Virus record (IMG/VR): IMGVR_UViG_3300013121_000032
Span: 57,236-121,235 of that record
Length of the DNA stretch: 64,000 nt
Origin: a virus
Lineage: Duplodnaviria; Caudoviricetes
Reading direction: 5' to 3' (one strand)
In this document: positions 61,783 through 64,000 of the stretch, piece after piece
Layout: each line of letters begins with the position of its first letter
How positions within the stretch are numbered: the first letter of the stretch is position 1
Position numbers and translations under genes: made by a program
The notes under the pieces: model-generated
Database searches by the model: none
The model's input: only the letters and a program-made list of their open reading frames with translations
Told to the model about the DNA's origin: nothing

Positions 61783-62578
61783 GGGAGGTGAAACTATGAC
61801 AATTATTGGAAATTGCCAGAATTGCAACGGGAATCATCTGTTTGGTTCGCCTTGCCAAACTATTGCGCCACCAAATTTGGTGGCACCAGCAATTAGTGAT
61901 AAGCGCTGGAAAGTAATAGCTGCAATTGGTTTAGAATTGGAGGGAGGCTGGCAAAATCTTAGTCAATTGAAATCTGACTATCAGAATGTACCGTCAATTC
62001 AATTCCATGCTGATAGTTCAATTGATGCGGTATCTGGTTCAGCACATGAGATTTGTATTGGACCACTTAGTCCGAGTCGGGCGTTTGACATGATCTTAGA
62101 ACATGGGATCTATCCTGATTCTGTTAATCAATCATGTGGTCTACATATGCATGTATCTTTTCTCAAGAAGGCGCATTACACCTTAGTTTCAAGCCATAAG
62201 ACTGAATTGTGGAATGACTATTTGTTGCCGACATACAAAGCATTTGAAGCCTGGCTACCTCAAAGGGACTTCAAGCGCCTATGGCAGCGAATAGACCCCG
62301 CAAATCATGAAAGATGCTCTCCGAGTCGCCATGAGGGAATCAATGGCGCTTATTGTTGTCCAGTCCAATCAGCTAATCGGTATGCTGCTATAAATCTGGA
62401 AGCATTGTCAGAACACAAGACAATTGAATTACGTGCCACTGGTGCTATTGAATCGCCTGCTAATGCAGTCAAGGCGCTTGGCTTGTTATTAGATTCAATT
62501 CAGAAATTTCTGAATGAATACAAACCAGCGCCTAAGACCTACTCGATTTCCCTCTCTTGTGCTGAATTGGGGGTTTGA
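61766..62578 (+). CDS. Cassette 5, amidoligase (probable start 61796) with an N-terminal Cys/His motif
   Basis: IGLELEG, HADSSI, HEI, CGLHMHVS, YC, RYAAIN, TIELR; GGAGGTG RBS before MTIIG. Confidence 0.82.
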   Translation: MLIANKGGETMTIIGNCQNCNGNHLFGSPCQTIAPPNLVAPAISDKRWKVIAAIGLELEGGWQNLSQLKSDYQNVPSIQFHADSSIDAVSGSAHEICIGPLSPSRAFDMILEHGIYPDSVNQSCGLHMHVSFLKKAHYTLVSSHKTELWNDYLLPTYKAFEAWLPQRDFKRLWQRIDPANHERCSPSRHEGINGAYCCPVQSANRYAAINLEALSEHKTIELRATGAIESPANAVKALGLLLDSIQKFLNEYKPAPKTYSISLSCAELGV

Positions 62579-62581
62579 TAA

Positions 62582-62866
62582 ATGTCAGCAATTCTTGCCG
62601 AACTAAAGGAAATCCCACACATGATTCCACTTCAGAATAGAGAGACAAGCACTATGCACAAGATGACATTCAAACCAGCACCTAAACCCTTTGCCTTACT
62701 TCAGCCTATGCCAATTGAGCGGGAAATCAGTACTGCAAATTTCCGGCTTCTGGTCGGAAATCAGAATCAGGAAATCCCTCTGTATGTGCCATACGGCAAT
62801 GATCCCTATCAGTTCGCAATCACCATATATGGTGGCATGTATAACATCAGCATGTTTCAATACTAG
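62582..62866 (+). CDS. Hypothetical protein
   Basis: Directly follows the ligase and is followed by a terminator. Confidence 0.55.
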   Translation: MSAILAELKEIPHMIPLQNRETSTMHKMTFKPAPKPFALLQPMPIEREISTANFRLLVGNQNQEIPLYVPYGNDPYQFAITIYGGMYNISMFQY

Positions 62867-62874
62867 GAAAAAGG

Positions 62875-62900
62875 AGGGAGGCAATTTGCCTCCCTTTCTT
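62875..62900 (+). terminator. Intrinsic terminator ending the + strand gene block
   Basis: AGGGAGGCA-ATT-TGCCTCCCT-TTCTT. Confidence 0.75.
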
Positions 62901-63538
62901 ATAGACATACCTACTTACATATATAGTAAGCATTTGGCAAGCATGGCGGGAAAGGAAAGGGGATGACAGGTGCCGGAAATCGTTTTAAACGAATGATTAC
63001 TACTAATCAGGTGTCATTACACCATGTCAGCAACCAAGCGCCGGGAATCGCGCGGAAAAACATATGTTCATCTATATCCAATAGTAAGAAAAGGTAGTAA
63101 CGTGTTACATACATATGTATGTTCCAAGTTGTTCCAAGAGTGTGCCATAGGCATATCTCTAATACTTTGTCAAGCTCCATGGGGGGATATTTCTGGTATC
63201 TGTTTTAAATTTAATGTTTACATTACTATACAGAAAAGTGAAATTAATATAAAGGGGGAATATTAACTCCACTTAATGATAGAACTAACTAACTGGATAG
63301 TCAGTTCTTCATTTAATGTAACGTGCCACGAATTTGACACAAAGTTATGCTCCATTATAAGCAATCGTACTATAGCATGTAGTAGGAACACCCGGTTTTT
63401 TTATTTCAACTATATAGTGTAGTAGCGTGAGACCCTTACTAACCTGGAGGGAAAATTAAGTAAGCTTCATCTGTTTTTAGGTAATATTTTGATTACCTTG
63501 CGTCTCCTCCTAGCATTTTTCAATTGTTGATATAAACA

Positions 63539-63700
63539 TTATCTGTTATAAAATTGTCTTAACTCTTCTGAAAATATTGATTTACATAAATAGCATTTTC
63601 TACAAGGAATATCTTGTTTTATACATCCCATATCTCTATCTCTTAAATCTCTTATGATAAAAAAAATGATTATAAGTAGTGCTATAAGGAAAACTATCAT
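63539..63700 (-). CDS. Small membrane-anchored Cys-rich protein (53 aa, not in ORF track)
   Basis: MIVFLIALLIIIFFII..C..CRKCYLC; ATGA-coupled to 63697..63828. Confidence 0.45.
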   Translation of the reverse strand: MIVFLIALLIIIFFIIRDLRDRDMGCIKQDIPCRKCYLCKSIFSEELRQFYNR

Positions 63701-63828
63701 TTTTGTAATCTTTTAAGTTTCTTCCTGAGTTTTGTCCAAGACCACCCTTTTGGTGGTGCCCATCTATCTCTATAACCTATTCTAAACGAAATTAGTTCCA
63801 TTAGTAGTTTCTTTTCTTTTTTATTCAT
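63697..63828 (-). CDS. Small basic protein (43 aa, not in ORF track)
   Basis: MNKKEKKLLMELISFRIGYRDRWAPPKGWSWTKLRKKLKRLQK. Confidence 0.45.
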   Translation of the reverse strand: MNKKEKKLLMELISFRIGYRDRWAPPKGWSWTKLRKKLKRLQK

Positions 63829-64000
63829 GATTATGGTTTTTTATTCTTAAATCCCAAAAAGCTGGAGTTATCGATTTGGACTTGCTCGCTGCCTCGACTT
63901 GCGAACTTGCTGACCTTGTTTTCGAACGGGCATTCTCTTTGTCCGACAACTGGCGTTGGTTTTTGTCTCGCGAGAACCAAACAGCGGTCCCGGGTGGTAC

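Noticed and set aside
45645-62578. Cassette repeats as an assembly duplication or a diversity-generating retroelement
   Set aside because: Copies match only at protein-motif level, and there is no reverse transcriptase or template/variable repeat pair.
1198-62966. Short minus-strand and nested ORFs in the track (e.g. 8272-8622, 8902-9261, 13214-13519, 16020-16352, 60913-61179, 62696-62908)
   Set aside because: They overlap well-supported + strand genes and show no motifs; treated as shadow ORFs.
63024-63266. 80-aa + strand ORF after the terminator
   Set aside because: No clear RBS, atypical composition and location downstream of a strong terminator.
1-64000. Alternative genetic code (stop-codon reassignment)
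   Set aside because: Long conserved genes are intact in the standard bacterial code and TAA, TAG and TGA all end genes.

Overview
AT-rich segment of a large double-stranded DNA bacteriophage genome. Genes are almost all on the + strand and tightly packed, and I recognise no capsid, tail or terminase genes. From about 1 to 41 kb it carries replication, recombination and nucleotide genes: SSB, family A DNA polymerase, a class II ribonucleotide reductase with two homing-endonuclease inteins, dCTP deaminase, RecA/UvsX, a SNF2 helicase, PD-(D/E)xK nucleases and a Dam-type methylase. The same stretch has a sigma70-like factor and host-manipulation genes: Ro60/TROVE followed by an atypical CAU tRNA, a fatty-acid desaturase, four glycosyltransferases, an amidase, papain-, caspase- and HslV-like peptidases, and GroES. 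From about 41 to 63 kb it is a run of small, mostly hypothetical, early-type genes. The main observation is a repeated cassette in this region: [unknown protein X] - [compact glutamine-synthetase-fold amidoligase] - [class II glutamine amidotransferase]. It occurs as three complete copies, one X+ligase copy and one orphan ligase (5 ligases, 4 X, 3 GATases), and a separate phiEco32-type COOH-NH2 ligase lies at 8.3 kb. Two cassettes are preceded by a shared motif, AAAGGATCAT-N12-GTAAATAATAATGTCT, and CTAG-rich DNA. All family calls come from motif recognition by eye; no database search was run.
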